Assembly (NCBI GenBank): GCA_951406725.2
Contig: OX597821.1
Location: forward strand, 58,280,001-58,344,000
Source of the DNA: Octopus vulgaris
Taxonomy: Eukaryota
DNA: 64,000 nt
Direction: 5' to 3'
Below the pieces are notes generated by a model. It searched no databases, was not told where the DNA came from, and saw nothing but the letters and a program-made list of their open reading frames with translations. Shown one piece after another: positions 28,753-42,745 of this stretch. Positions within the stretch are counted from its first letter, which is position 1; every line of letters starts with the position of its first letter. The position numbers and the translations under genes are program-made.

Positions 28753-30279
28753 GTAAGGCAGACAAACCACAAATCCCTTCAGGTAGATGGCCCTGCTCAA
28801 TCTGTAGAAAAGGCATAGGTAGAAACTCCATAAGATGTACCCAGTGTAAGCTATGGACACATAAGAGGTACAGCAATATCAAAGGAAGGCTAACTGGGAA
28901 GATAGTTTTTGTATGTGGCAAATGCTCAGGTGCCAAAAACACTGAAAATGTGCAGAGAACAGCTTCTGTCACATTCCAAGAAGAAAATCTACAAGTAGTT
29001 GATAGCTTCCGTCACCTAGGAGACCAAGTCAGTAGCGGGAGTGGATGCTCTGAAAGTGTAGCTGCTAGAATAAGAATAGCCTGGGCAAAGTTCAGAGAGC
29101 TCCTACCTCTGCTGGTGACAAAAGGCCTCTCACTCAGAGTAAAAGGTAGACTGTATGACGCATGTGTATTAACAGCCATGCTACATGGCAGTGAAACATG
29201 GGCCGTTACTGCTGAGGACATGCGTAAGCTTGCAAGGAATAAAGCCAGTATGCTCCGCTGGATGTGTAATATCAGTGTGCATACATGACAGAGTGTAAGC
29301 GCCCTGAGAGAAAAGTTGGATTTAAGAGGCATCAGATGTATTGTGCAAGAGAGATGACTGTGCTGGTATGGTCATGTGTTGCAAATGAATGAGGACAGCT
29401 GTGTGAAAAAGTGCCACACCCTAGCAGTTGAGGGAATCTGTGGAAGAGGTAGACCCTGGAAAACCTGGGATGAGGTGGCGAACATTGGACCTTACCGAGG
29501 CAATGACTAGTGACCGAGACCTTTGGAGATATGCTGTGCTTGAGAAAACCTGATAAGCCACGTGAGACCATAGCCCTTGGTCTATGCCAGTGAGTGTAAC
29601 CAGCCCACTTATGAATACCCCTCATTCATTGGACAATAAACTTTGTTTGCGAAGACCTATTGAGGCAACTGAAATCAAAATCGCTAACGTGGCTGATGAC
29701 AGTACCGCCTGATTGGCACTCGTGCCAGTGGAACATTTAAATCACATCCAAATGTGGGATGTAACCAGCCCACTTATGAGTACCCCTCATTCATTGAACA
29801 ATAAACTTTGCTTGCAAAGACCTATTGAGGCAAGTAAAATCGAATCAAACTCGCTGACATGGCCGATGACAGTACCACCTGATTGGCACTCATGCCAGTG
29901 GCACATAAAAAGCATCATTCGAGCATGATCGTTGCCAGTGTCGCCTTACCAGCACAATTGTCGGTGGCGTGTGAAAAGCAAAATTCAAGCACGGTCGTTG
30001 CCAGTGCCGCCAGGCTGGCTCCCATGCAGGTAGCACATAAAAAACACCTTTTGAGCATGGTCGCTGCCAGAACTGCCTGGCTGGCCCTCGTGCCAGTGGC
30101 ATGTAAAAGCACCCACTACACTCTTGGAGTGGTTGGTATTAGGAAGGGCATCCAACTGTAGAAACTTTAGCAGATCAGATTGAGCCTGGTGCAGCCTTCT
30201 GGCTCATCAGTCCTCAGTCAAATTGTCCAACCCATGCCAGCATGGAAAGCGGACGTTAAACGACGACGATGATGATGAT
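28753..30279 (+). mobile_element. 5'-truncated, decayed RTE-type LINE (same family as 9951-11095)
   Basis: ORF 28950..29288 is nearly identical to the 10512-11095 peptide and is followed by stops; same 3' subrepeats and GGACGTTAAACGACGACGATGATG tail. Confidence 0.9.
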
Positions 30280-31502
30280 ACAAACTGGAGTGAACTACTG
30301 TCATCTCTAGCAGATAAGGGGGTGAATGACCCTGCTTAATCTTACTCATAGTGAAGGAGTAATGTGTAGCCAGTGAACATCATGGCCACAGCGTAAAATT
30401 TTAAATGTAAAATTTTAATTATATCTAATACAAATCATCATATTTTTAAAATCTCATTAAGCGAACTCATGAACACTATTCGTTTGTAAAGTCCTGAATT
30501 GTCCCCTCTATATATTGATATTGTTTTATCGTTATAAAAAATAAATCTCGAGCAGACAAGGTGTCCAGCACTGGGGATAGGCAAAAATAGCTCGAAACCA
30601 GGCTGGTCTGTTGAACCTGTCAAGTCACTAGAAGGTGGTAGGGGTTCACTCCCCTGCTTGTAATATATCGGATGCAGGTAGTATCATTAACCAGCTAGAG
30701 GAAATGTCTTCTTAGGGTTAAAAAATTACAGTAACATCCATTTGTACATAACAGACATGTTGAAATGGCAACAAACATTACTTATCAATATGCTCCTAGA
30801 AAAATAAAGATTTCTAATGTTGACATAAGGCCACATATGAGAGAGGATGTGGTTAATTTAATAAACGTTAATATTTCATCATCATCATCATCATCATCAA
30901 CTCCTGAATATCATTGTCCTAGGGCTCATAGGGTTGGTTACTCATTTTTCATGGCATGTTAGCAACCAAGATCCCATCATTTCCACCTGAACAGGGCACC
31001 AATCCATTGCAGGTTTACTCATTTACAGCTAAATGGACTTGAGAAACAGGAAATGAAGTGTTTTGCTCAAGAACGCAATGCCCTGTCCAGTTCAGGAATT
31101 GAAACCACGATCTTGCAATCATGAATGCGGCATCCTAACCGCTAGGCCATGTACTTTCACTCACCATTAATTTACCAATCCAGGAAGAATGAAGAACAAA
31201 GTCAACTTAGGCAAGGTTGAAACTCAAAACGGAGAAGGAAAACTATTAAAGTGGTGAAAACTCTATTAAAAGAAATACAATAACAGCAAGTTTCACAGAT
31301 CATCGTAAGTAAAAATTTGCCAAAATATGTGCTGCTGTTCTTTGCAATTTTTAGAGTGAGATGACTGAGTTCTTTCATGCCATATTTCAAATAGACTGTC
31401 TACAGCAAAAGCTGCATAGTTTAATACCACCAAACCTTCAAATCGTTCCCCATCTATGTTTTTCTTTTGCAATCTATCAAAGGTGCCAACTGCACCAATA
31501 TC

Positions 31503-31730
31503 TGTTTCTTTATTACCCACAAGGGGCTAACATAGAGGGGACAAACAAAGACAGACAAACAGATTAAGTTGATTACATCGACCCCAGTGCGTAACTGGTA
31601 CTTAATTTATCGACCCCGAAAGGATGAAAGGCAAAGTCGACCTCGGCGGGATTTGAACTCAGAACGTAACGGCAGACGAAATACGGCTACGCATTTCGCC
31701 CGGCGTGCTAACGTTTCTGCCAGCTCGCCG
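31503..31730 (-). mobile_element. Young SINE with Meta-domain-like core (family D)
   Basis: Core GACTTTGCCTTTCATCCTTTCGGGGTCGATAAATTAAGTACCAG; CpG-rich; 13-bp duplication ctgcaccaatatc (31490-31502, 31731-31743). Older copies at about 23335-23550, 26370-26550, 43205-43420, 43670-43880 and 48270-48522. Confidence 0.85.
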
Positions 31731-32068
31731 CTGCACCAATATCACTAATCAAACAGTGCCTGAAAATTAATAGATACTGACTCCCCTACCTTGACTAATC
31801 TATTAAACAGGTTAATTTTCAGAATAATTAATTATTTACATTTAGATGATGTAGTAAAATAACTGTAGCAATTTAAGATGTGTCCTTGCTAGGCAAGTGT
31901 TTTGCTCTGAGAACTTGTGTTGAAAAGGATTAAAACAATTACAGCCTCAGAACGTGTTAGCTATTGAAAAACACATAAAAACTGTTAACTTCACTTTAAC
32001 ATTTATTATTTGGAGTTATAATTTTTGTCATACCAACTGCACTCCGGTCACTAATATACTAGAACTGT

Positions 32069-34744
32069 GTGAGAGAGAGGGAAACATGAAGAGAGTAAGA
32101 GAGACAAGGAGGGAGTGAGAGAGACAAGGAGGCAGTAAGAAGGACAAAGAGAGAGTGAGAGAGACAAGAAGGGAGTGAGAGAGACAAGAAGGGAGTGAGA
32201 TAGACATGGAGGGAGTGAGATAGACATGGAGGGAGTGAGAGAGACAAGAAGGGAGTGAGAAGGAAAAGAAGGGAGTGAGAGAGACAAGAATGGAGTGAGA
32301 GAGACAAGAAGGGAGTGAGAGAGACTAGAATGGAGTGAGAGAGACGAGAATGGAGTGAGAGAGACAAGAAGGGAGTGAGAGAGACAAGAAGGGAGTGAGA
32401 GAGACAAGAAGGGAGTGAGAGTGACAAGAAGGGAGTGAGAGGGACAAGAAGGGAGTGAGAGCGACAAGAAGGGAGTGAGAGGGACAACAAGGGAGTGAGA
32501 GGGACAAGAAGGGAGTGAGAGTGACAAGAAGGGAGTGAGAGGGACAAGAAGGGAGTGAGAGCGACAAGAAGGGAGTGAGAGGGACAACAAGGGAGTGAGA
32601 GGGACAAGAAGGGAGTGAGAGTGACAAGAAGGGAGTGAGAGGGACAAGAAGGGAGTGAGAGAGACAAGAAGGGAGTGAGACAGACAAGAAGGGAGTGAGA
32701 GGGACAAGAAGGGAGTGAGAGGGACAACAAGGGAGTGAGAGGGACAAGAAGGGAGTGAGATAGACATGGAGGGAGTGAGAGGGACAAGAAGGGAGTGAGA
32801 GGGACAAGAAGGGAGTGAGAGTGACAAGAAGGGAGTGAGAGGGACAACAAGGGAGTGAGAGCGACAAGGAGAGAGTGAGAGCGACAAGGAGGGAGTGAGA
32901 GCGACAATAAGAGAGTGAGAGGGACAAGAAGGGAGTGAGAAGGACAACAAGGGAGTGAGAGGGACAAGGGAGTGAGAGGGACAACAAGGGAGTGAGAGTG
33001 ACAAGAAGCGAGCAACAGAGACAAGAAGGGAGTGAGAGCAACAAGGAGAGAGTGAGAGAGACAAGGTGAGAGTGAGAGAGACAAGGAGGGAGTGAGAGTG
33101 ACAAGAAGGGAGTGAGAGCGACAAGAAGGGAGTGAGAGGGACAACAAAGGAGTGAGAGGGACAACAAGGGAGTGAGAGGGACAACAAGTGAGTGAGAGGG
33201 ACGAGAAGGGAGTGAGAGGGACGAGAAGGGAGTGAGAGGGACAAGAAGGGAGTGAGAGGGACAAGAAGGGAGTGAGAGGGACAAGAAGGGAGTGAGAGTG
33301 ACAAGAAGGGAGTGAGAGGGACAAGAAGGGAGTGAGAGCGACAAGAAGGGAGTGAGAGGGACAAGAAGGGAGTGAGAGTGACAAGAAGGGAGTGAGAGCG
33401 ACAAGAAGGGAGTGAGAGAGACAAGAAGGGAGTGATAGAGACAAGAAGGGAGTGAGAGGGACAACAAGGGAGTGAGAGGAACAACAAGGGAGTGAGATGG
33501 ACATGGAGGGAGTGAGAGGGACAACAAGGGAGTGAGAGGGACAAGAAGGGAGTGAGAGGGACAAGAAGGGAGTGAGAGGGACAAGAAGGGAGTGAGAGTG
33601 ACAAGAAGGGAGTGAGAGGGACAAGAAGGGAGTGAGAGGGACAAGGAGGGAGTGAGAGGGACAAGGAGGGAGTGAGAGCGACAAGGAGGGAGTGAGAGGG
33701 ACAAGAGAGTGAGAGCGACAAGAAGGGAGTGAGAGGGACAAGAAGGGAGTGAGATAGACATGGAGGGAGTGAGAGGGACAACAAGGGAGTGAGAGGGACA
33801 ACAAGGGAGTGAGAGTGACAAGAAGGGAGTGAGAGGGACAATAAGAGAGTGAGAGGGACAAGAAGGGAGTGAGAAGGACAACAAGAGAGCGAGAGGGACA
33901 AGAAGGGAGTAGAGTGAGAGCGACAAGAAGGGAGTGAGAGCGACAAGAAGGGAGTGAGAGCGACAAGAAGGGAGTGAGAGGGACAACAAGGGAGTGAGAG
34001 GGACGAGAAGGGAGTGAGAGGGACAAGAAGGGAGTGAGAGGGACGAGAAGGAAGTGAGAGCGACAAGAAGGGAGTGAGAGGGACAAGAAGGGAGTGAGAG
34101 GGACAAGAAGGGAGTGAGAGCGACAAGAAGGGAGTGAGAGGGACAAGAAGGGAGTGAGAGGGACAACAAGGGAGTGAGAGGGACAACAAGGGAGTGAGAG
34201 GGACAACAAGGGAGTGAGAGTGACAACAAGGGAGTGAGAGGGACAACAAGGGAGTGAGAGGAACAACAAGGGAGTGAGAGGGACAACAAAGGAGTGAGAG
34301 TGACAAGAAGGAAGCAACAGAGACAAGAAGGGAGTGAGAGGGACAAGAAGGGAGTGAGAGGGACAAGAAGGGAGTGAGAGCGACAAGGAGGGAGTGAGAG
34401 CGACAAGGAGGGAGTGAGAGGGACAATAAGAGAGTGAGAGGGACAAGAAGGGAGTGAGAGCGACAAGGAGGGAGTGAGAGAGACAAGGAGGGAGTGAGAG
34501 AGACAAGGTGAGAGTGAGAGAGACAAGGAGGGAGTGAGAGTGACAAGAAGGGAGTGAGAGAGACAAGAAGGGAGCGAGAGAGACAAGAAGGGAGTGAGTG
34601 CAACAAGGAGAGAATGAGAGAGACAAGGTGAGAGTGAGAGAGACAAGGAGGGAGTGAGAGCGACAAGGAGGGAGTGAGAGCGACAAGGAGGGAGTGAGAG
34701 AGACAAGGAGGGAGTGAGAGAGACAAGGTGAGAGTGAGAGAGTG
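32069..34744. repeat. 20-bp purine-rich minisatellite (GGGAGTGAGAGGGACAAGAA)n, about 130 units
   Basis: Directly visible tandem array with point-variant units and a few short indels. Confidence 0.97.
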
Positions 34745-36969
34745 CATTACAGAGGAGCCATGTCACTGATTAGGGTGCCGTTAGTGCAGCGAAAATTTTG
34801 ACACCAAATAATATATGTTTAAGTAAAGTTAAGAGTCTTTCAGTGTTTTTGAATGGTTGTGCTATTGCCTTGTAACGAGCACCAGTGCTGGTGCCACATA
34901 GAAAGTACTGGTGATAGTACCACATAAAAAGCACGCAGTACACTCTGTGGAGTGGTTAGCATCAGGAAGGACATCTAGCTGTAGAAACCATGTCAAAACT
35001 GACAATGAAACCTGATTTGGCTCTCGGCCTTGCGAGCTCCTGTGAAACCATCCAACCCATGCGAGCATGAAAAAATGGACATTAAATGATGAAGAAGAAG
35101 AATCAAAATACAAAAACCATATTTGACAGCATAAAAGATGCACAGGCATATTACACACACCCCAATTTCAGCAGCACATATTCAAGAAAAAAAACTTCTA
35201 ATGCATTAAAGCATGTAACATAGGCCCAACTTTGCATGTAAGGCTCAGCATGGTTTTTCTCAGACATCATTTTTTACTAGTTTTCAAAAAAAAAAAAACA
35301 AGTGAGTCTTATATACCATCAAATATGATGGTTAATTACTGAAATCTTTCACTATCATTCATCATCAACGTTTAACATCTGTTTTCCATGCTGGCATGGG
35401 TTGGACGGTTTGACAGGAGCCTGTTTTGGCATGGTTTCTACAGCTGGATGCCATTCCCAATGCCAACCGCGTGTCGGTGGCACATAAAAAGCACTGTTTA
35501 TATGTTGGGCCTCGTGGAAGCAGTGATGTCAAGCCAAGTGAAGATTATAGTCACGGTCAATGCCAGTGTCTCGTAACTTGTCTGTTAAAAGCACCTTTCA
35601 ATTGTTGGGCAATATGCTGTGCTTGTGACGACCTGTCACACCAAGTGAAATCGTAGTCATGGCCGATGTCAGCACCATCTGACTGCACCCATGCTAGTGG
35701 CACATAAAAAGCACTGTTCGAGCATTGGGCCTCATGGCAGCAGTGACAGGTGACCAAGACCCTTGGCGGTATACTGTACTGGTGTTGACCTGTCAAACCA
35801 AGCAAGACCATATATATGATGGGCTTCCATACAATTTCCATGTATGTCCCATACTGGTGGCATGTAAAAAGCACCATTTGAGTGTGGTTGATGCCAGTGC
35901 TGCTTGACTAGCTGCCGCACCTGTGGCACATAAAAAAGCACCACTCGAGTGTGGTCGATGCCAGTGCCACCTGACTGGCTCCCATGCCGGTAGCACATAA
36001 AAACCACCCACTACACTCTCAGAGCGGTTGGCATTAGGAAAGGCATCCAGCTGTAGAAACCTTGCCAAATCAGATTGGAACCTGGTGCAGCTCCCCAGTT
36101 TTCAGTCAAACTGTCCAACATGGAAAATGAACATTAAACAATGATGATGATGATGATGATGATGATAATGATGATGATGATGATGATTACAGAGTGTACT
36201 GAGTATTTTTTATGTGGCACCAGCACAAGTGCCTTTTTTACATGGCACCAGCATAGGTACGTTTTACATGGTACTACTCGTATTAACAATTTTTCAGTCG
36301 AAATTTAATTTAATTTAAAATCAATACAATAACAGCACCTTGAGTGGGATAGTACTGAGAAAAAAAGATTTAAGTGACTTGTGAAAAGAAATACAGCCAA
36401 TCTCAAAACCAAATAGTATTTTGTTCAATAAATCTCTGTTATTTATGTCAATGAAACACTTCTAACAAGATACCCTGGAGTTATTATTATAATTTTACAC
36501 AACTTATTCATGTTCCAGACTGTCTCAAGTGTATGTCAAGTGATTTTGCCAAAAACAAAGTTATTACCAAAAGCAGTGATTAGAGAATACAAAAAAAGCT
36601 ATGAAGTTATTATATCCCAATCTTCTCCTCCTCCTCCTCATCATCATCATCACCATCACCACCACCACCACCACCACCACTATTGTTTTAATGCTCACTT
36701 TTCCTTGCTCACATGGGTCGGAGGGAATTTGTTGAGGTAGATTTTCTACAGCTGGATGCCACCCTTCCTGTCACCAAACCTCACCTTTTTCCAAGAAAGG
36801 TAATATTTCCTCCCATCACCAGACATGTTTTTCACAGGAGATGGGATACAAAGGACACTGCTTGCATGGCAGTGACACTCATTTACAACTACCATGTGCA
36901 ATGTCATGAAAACAGTAACACAAACACACACACAAGCACACACACACACAAGCACACACACACACAAGC

Positions 36970-37002
<33 letters not shown>

Positions 37003-37644
37003 TAAACATTTATTTATTATTCTTAAACAAGAATAATAAATTTGTACTCTACAAAAGTATAGAGTTACCTGTCAGATTAATGTAAAATTGTTTTTATTAG
37101 AACTGAACATAAAACCAAATATTAATATATGATTGTATGTATGTATGAATGGGTGGATGGATGGATAGGTGGATGGATATTGAAAAGAATCAAAAGTCCT
37201 CCTTGAGCCATAGGCTCATAAGGGTAGTTTCCCAGATTCTGTGGCGTACATATATATATATCATCATCATCATCGTTTAACGTCCGTTCTCCATGCTAGC
37301 ATGGGTTGGACGGTTCGACCAGGGATCTGGGAAGCCAGGAGGCTGCACCAGGCTCCAGTCTGATCTGGCAGTGTTTCTACAGCTGGATGCCCTTCCTAAC
37401 GCCAACCACTCTGTGAGTGCAGTGGGTACTTTTTACGTGCCACCTGCACAGGTGCCAGGCGAGGCTGGCAATGGCCACGGTCGGATTGGTGCATTTTACG
37501 TGCCACCGGCACTGGCTTCGGCCACAATTCGGATGGTGCATTTTACGTGCCACCGGCACTGGCTTCGCCCACAATTCAGATGGTGCTTTTTACGTGCCAC
37601 CGGCACAGAAGCCATTCGAGGCAGCGCTGGCATCGGCCACGATT

Positions 37645-37695
<51 letters not shown>

Positions 37696-40600
37696 CCATT
37701 CTGGGTGGTATAGAACAACAGATTATCACAGGAATACTTATTTCTGCTAGCTGGAGCAACCTGAAATGAAGTGTTTCGCTCAAGAACACACAACACGTCA
37801 CCTGATCCAGGAATCAAAACCACAATCTTACAATCACAAGTGCAACACACCTAAACACTAAGCCACACACATTCACTTATATACACACACACACATATTT
37901 ATCCCTTTACCCCTTTACTAGATCCAGTCATTGGACTACGGTCATGCTAGAATACCACCTTGTCATATATACATAAAATGACAAGCTTCTTTCAGTTTCT
38001 ATCTTCCAAATCCACTCATAAGGCGTTTGGTCAGTCTGGAGCTATATAGTAAAAGAGATTTGCCCAATGTGCTACACAGTAGGACTGAACCCAAAGCAAT
38101 TTGATTGAGAAGCAAACTTCTTATCACACAGCCTCTGAATATTAATATTTCTTATGTAGTAAGACGTTAGTAATACTCACTGCAGCCTAACAAAAGCAGT
38201 TACTAAATGTAATCTAACAATAATATTGTTTAAAATAATCATTCACACTGGCTGAGATATGGCTGCGTGTGCTAGATATAGTTAGTTAACCAGTCGATGA
38301 GATTGGATCAACTGATGGAGATTGTTTTATTGATTATATTCAATAATAATACATTTTTAACATTAAAAAACACAGCAAAGGAAATTGACAAACAGTGGGA
38401 TACAGCAGTTGTGATTATGATTAATCATTTTGCTTCACATATTTTCTGTTTGCTCAGGCAGCTCAAAAGTTTCAACTACAAACATAAAAAAGCCAATATC
38501 AGACAATAACCATTGATTAGCTCTGAGATTTCAGACGTTTTAAGCTGAAGAAGTATTTCTTTCTAATTTTGGCACAAGGCCAGCCATTTTGAAGAGAGAG
38601 AGAGAGAAGTCAATGACCCCAGTGCTTAACTGATATTTGTTTTATTGACTCCAAAAGGATGAAAATCAAGATCAATTTTGATAACATTTGAACTCCACCA
38701 AGCATTTTGTCCTGTTGAACAACTCTACAATGAACCAACCCTGGAACAATGCACAAAGCGAACTGGAATAATGCACACAGTATACAGTCCAAAAACTGTA
38801 CGCCAGAGAGGCAGTTTACTTGATGTGATGAAAATGAAAAGTACAGGGATGTAACCGTTGCAAGCTGCATCACAGGCAATTCATCTAGGAGCATAGTAAC
38901 CCCCAAATTAGAAGTGATACAGGGGTACAGAACACATTTCAATCCAGTTACAGATAACATCTCTAGTTAGGGTCACTCAATAAAATCACCCAATTCATGC
39001 TGCAAAGTGGACACCTGGTTGATGTCCATCTGGTTGTGAAACTTGGCCAAAAAGAAGGAACACACACATACCTAAAGCTACACACACACAGTGAGTCTCT
39101 TTCAGTTCCCATCTAACAAATCCACTCACAAGGCTTTGGCTGGCCTGGAGCTATAACAGAAGACACTTACTTGTCCAAAGTACTGTGCAGTTGGACTGAA
39201 CCTGAGACCACATGGTTGAAAAGTAAACCTCTTACCCACACAGTCACACCTGCACCTACAACTGCACCTCAATAATATGTATTCATCTAACTCATGCTAG
39301 TATGCAAAAACAAACATAAAACAAACAAGCAAGCAAACAAGCTAGACATTCAGAGATCAATAAAAAAAATTTCCAATATTTTGGAAGGAAAAGCTGACAG
39401 TATCTACTGTTTTAATATGATGGCAGTAAGAATTAACAGCAGAGACATAAATATGAAAACATTTAAATATCATTAATAGAATTTTTCAATAATATCACCT
39501 GATCATTATTGAACCATTAACGTGTCGCATAGCAATAACTGGCTTTTTTTTTCTTGTCTACCTGATTCTGAACATTAATTTATTGATGTCTGACAGAATG
39601 TTACCAACAAAGAATTACACGTATCCGATTGGGAGGCAATCAAATAATGAATAAGAGTTTCACAATCAAAGAGAGATAAGAATTTATGAATGCTTGATAT
39701 GTTTCAAAGAGAAATATAGCAACTAAAGCAATCTTTCATTGACACACTCTCTGAATTAGTAAATCTCAATGACTATCCGAATACACCCTTTACTCTCTTA
39801 TTTTATCCCTCTCTACTTTTTATCTCCTAGCATAAAGTTACTCCTCCTGGGGTTCATAGTCTTGCAAGCTGCATGGCAATCTCGCGAGTGCTGGTGTCAC
39901 AAGAAAATCACTCCGTACCCGCTGTGAAGTGGTTAGCATTAGGAAGGGCATCCAACCATAAAAACCATGCCAAAGCAGATATTGGAGGTTGATGCAGTCC
40001 TTGGGCCCATCAGATCCTGTCAAACTATCCGACCCATGCCAGCATGGAAGATGGATGTTGAGTGACGATGTTAATGATGGTTGTGGTATGTACAAAATAC
40101 ATAACCATGTTATACATATGTTAGGGACCTTTCAGAGAATAATAAAATATTTATTTTTAATTAATGCTGTCAATTAAGAAATTAGTCACTAAATATATTT
40201 CTCGGAAAATCATCATCATTGTCATCATCAGTCAAAATCCACTTTTCCATGCTTGCATGGGTTGGACAGAATTTGTTGAGACAGACTCTTCTACAGCCTG
40301 ATGCCCTTCCTGTCACCTGTTTCTAAGCAAGGTAATATTTTCCCAGGATTGGACATGTTTTTGGTGAAGAATGGAAATCTACATCATTTCTATGATGACG
40401 ATGCTCATTTACAACCATCACATGATGCCTAGACAAGGGTACACACAAATACACATATAAACATGATAGGATTCTTTCAGTTTCCACATACCAAATCCAC
40501 TCACAAGACTTTAGTCAGCTTGAGACTATAGAAGACATTTGCCCAAGGTGCTGTGCAGAAGGAATGAACTCAAGACTACACAGTTGGGAAGCAAGCTTTC

Positions 40601-40771
40601 TAACCATACAACCATGCTTGTGCCTAGGATTAAAAATCAGAACAGAATTCTGGCAACATTTGCGTAACCAACTAAGTCAAATTCAAATCTCAAAATCTAA
40701 AATAAATCACACAATAAATCTCCTAATATTATAATGTGTAGTGTTTTTATATATTTGTATATGTATGTATG

Positions 40772-40818
<47 letters not shown>

Positions 40819-42207
40819 CGGAGATGTACTTAAATTTAAATGTTGAAGTGAATCTAACGGTTTTGTGTGTTTCTTAAATGGCTTATAAACACCTTCCACA
40901 CTGCAATTGTATATATATATTTGTCCAAAATCATACCGGATGCTGAGGAGGAGGGAAAATAATAATTCAGAGAAGGAGAAGTAGTAAGAGTTATAGCCAT
41001 GACTGAGAGGGAGTGAGAGACAGGAAGGGGTGAAAAAAATTAGCGTTTCAACTCTGTGTGAGTATATGCGTGTATGTGTGTGCATGTACAAGGGAAGTAT
41101 GTGAATGTTTGTATGTGTGATAATTATGTACCTTATTTATATATAAAATAGCTGTCATTATTGATGGCACGTGGTCAGCTAGGAATAATAATAACTGATA
41201 ACTTGCTGTTGATGTAAAACGCAGCCTTGAGACACACAATATATGAGGTACAAGAATATCTTTATTATCTTTTTATGTTTTACTTCTTTCAGTCATTGGA
41301 CTGTAGTTTTAGTCAAACAAATTAACCTCAGTACTTATGGTTTTATTTTAAGTCAAGCACATATTCTATTGATCTCTTTTGTTGAACTGCTAAGTTACTG
41401 GGATGTAAACAAACCAACACCAGTTAAGTGATGGGGAGAGCAACACAATACACACACACACACATGCATATATATGATGGGCTTCCATACAATTTCCATG
41501 TATGTCCCATACTGGTGGCATGTAAAAAGCACCATTTGAGTGTGGTTGATGCCAGTGCTGCTTGACTAGTTGCCCCACCTGTGGCACGTAAAAAGGCACC
41601 ACTCGAGCGTGGCCGATGCCAGTACCACCTGATTGGCTCCCATGCCAATAACACATAAAAACCATCCACTACACTCTCTGAGTGGTTGGCATTAGGAAGG
41701 GCATCCAGCTGTAGAAACCTTTCCAGATGAGACTGGAGCCTGGAGCAGCCTCCCGGCTTGCCAGTCCTCAGTCAAACCGTGCCATCCATACCACAATGAT
41801 GATGATGATGATGTTCCTTCACAAGGAAATTGGTTGAAGACACTTGCCTAAGGTGCCACACAGTAGGTTCAAACCCAAGACCACATGCCTCATAACACAG
41901 TCTTGTCTGCACCCTTATCAGAAAATACCTAGTATGAAACTTATAATGGTGTTTGAGAAAGCAATGATAATATTACAAATCAGTCTAACAGATATCAATA
42001 TCAAAACAAGTTTTCCATTGAAAATAATATTTGATGGTAGAAATATGGATATAGAGAAATCAATAAAACAATATTTGTGGTCAATAGTAATCATTAAGTT
42101 ATTTTATTTTTAATGAATTTCAGAAGAAATATTATTGAATTACAATGTTGCCTCTAACAACATCACTTAATCGACATTCAAATCATTTCAGTTGAGTTTA
42201 TTTATCA

Positions 42208-42745
42208 GTGACTGGTTGTGTGGTTAAGAAGCTTTGTTTGCCAACCACTTCGTTCTAGGTTCAATCCCACTTAGCATCAAGGGCAAATGTCCTCTACTTA
42301 CAGCCTCAAGCCAACAAAAGCCTTGTGAGTGGATTTGACTGACAGAAAATGAAAGGAGCCTGTCATGAGTGTGTATGTGTGTGTGTGTGCACGCATGTGT
42401 GTATATGTGTGCATGTGTGTATGTACATGTGTGTGCATGCACGTGTGTGCATGCGTGTGTGTGCATGCATGTGTGTGTATGTACGTGTGTATATATGCAT
42501 GTGAGAGTTGATGTCTCCTTGTCTTGACATTGCGTAACTGTCTAAAACAAGTGTCACTGTCATACAAACAATGTCCTTCATTTCCAATCTTCCACAAAAA
42601 CATGTCTGTCTGGCCATGGGGAAATATCACCCTACTTGTAAACAGGTGACAGTTGACAACAGGAAGGGCACCTGGTCATAGAAAAATCTACCTCAACAAA
42701 TTCCATTCAACCCATGCGAGCATGGAAAAGTGGACATCGAATGGT
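42208..42745 (+). mobile_element. tRNA-derived SINE family B (head as in A, RTE-like tail)
   Basis: Head as family A; ends aggaagggca..caacccatgcgagcatggaaaagtggac. Other copies at about 16430-16855(-), 40210-40625(-) and 62305-62735(-). Confidence 0.8.

Noticed and set aside
32051-34766. Three 813-898 aa ORFs on the minus strand
   Set aside because: All three frames give the same 20-aa periodic peptide because a stop-free 20-bp pyrimidine-rich unit is tandemly repeated; no independent evidence of coding.
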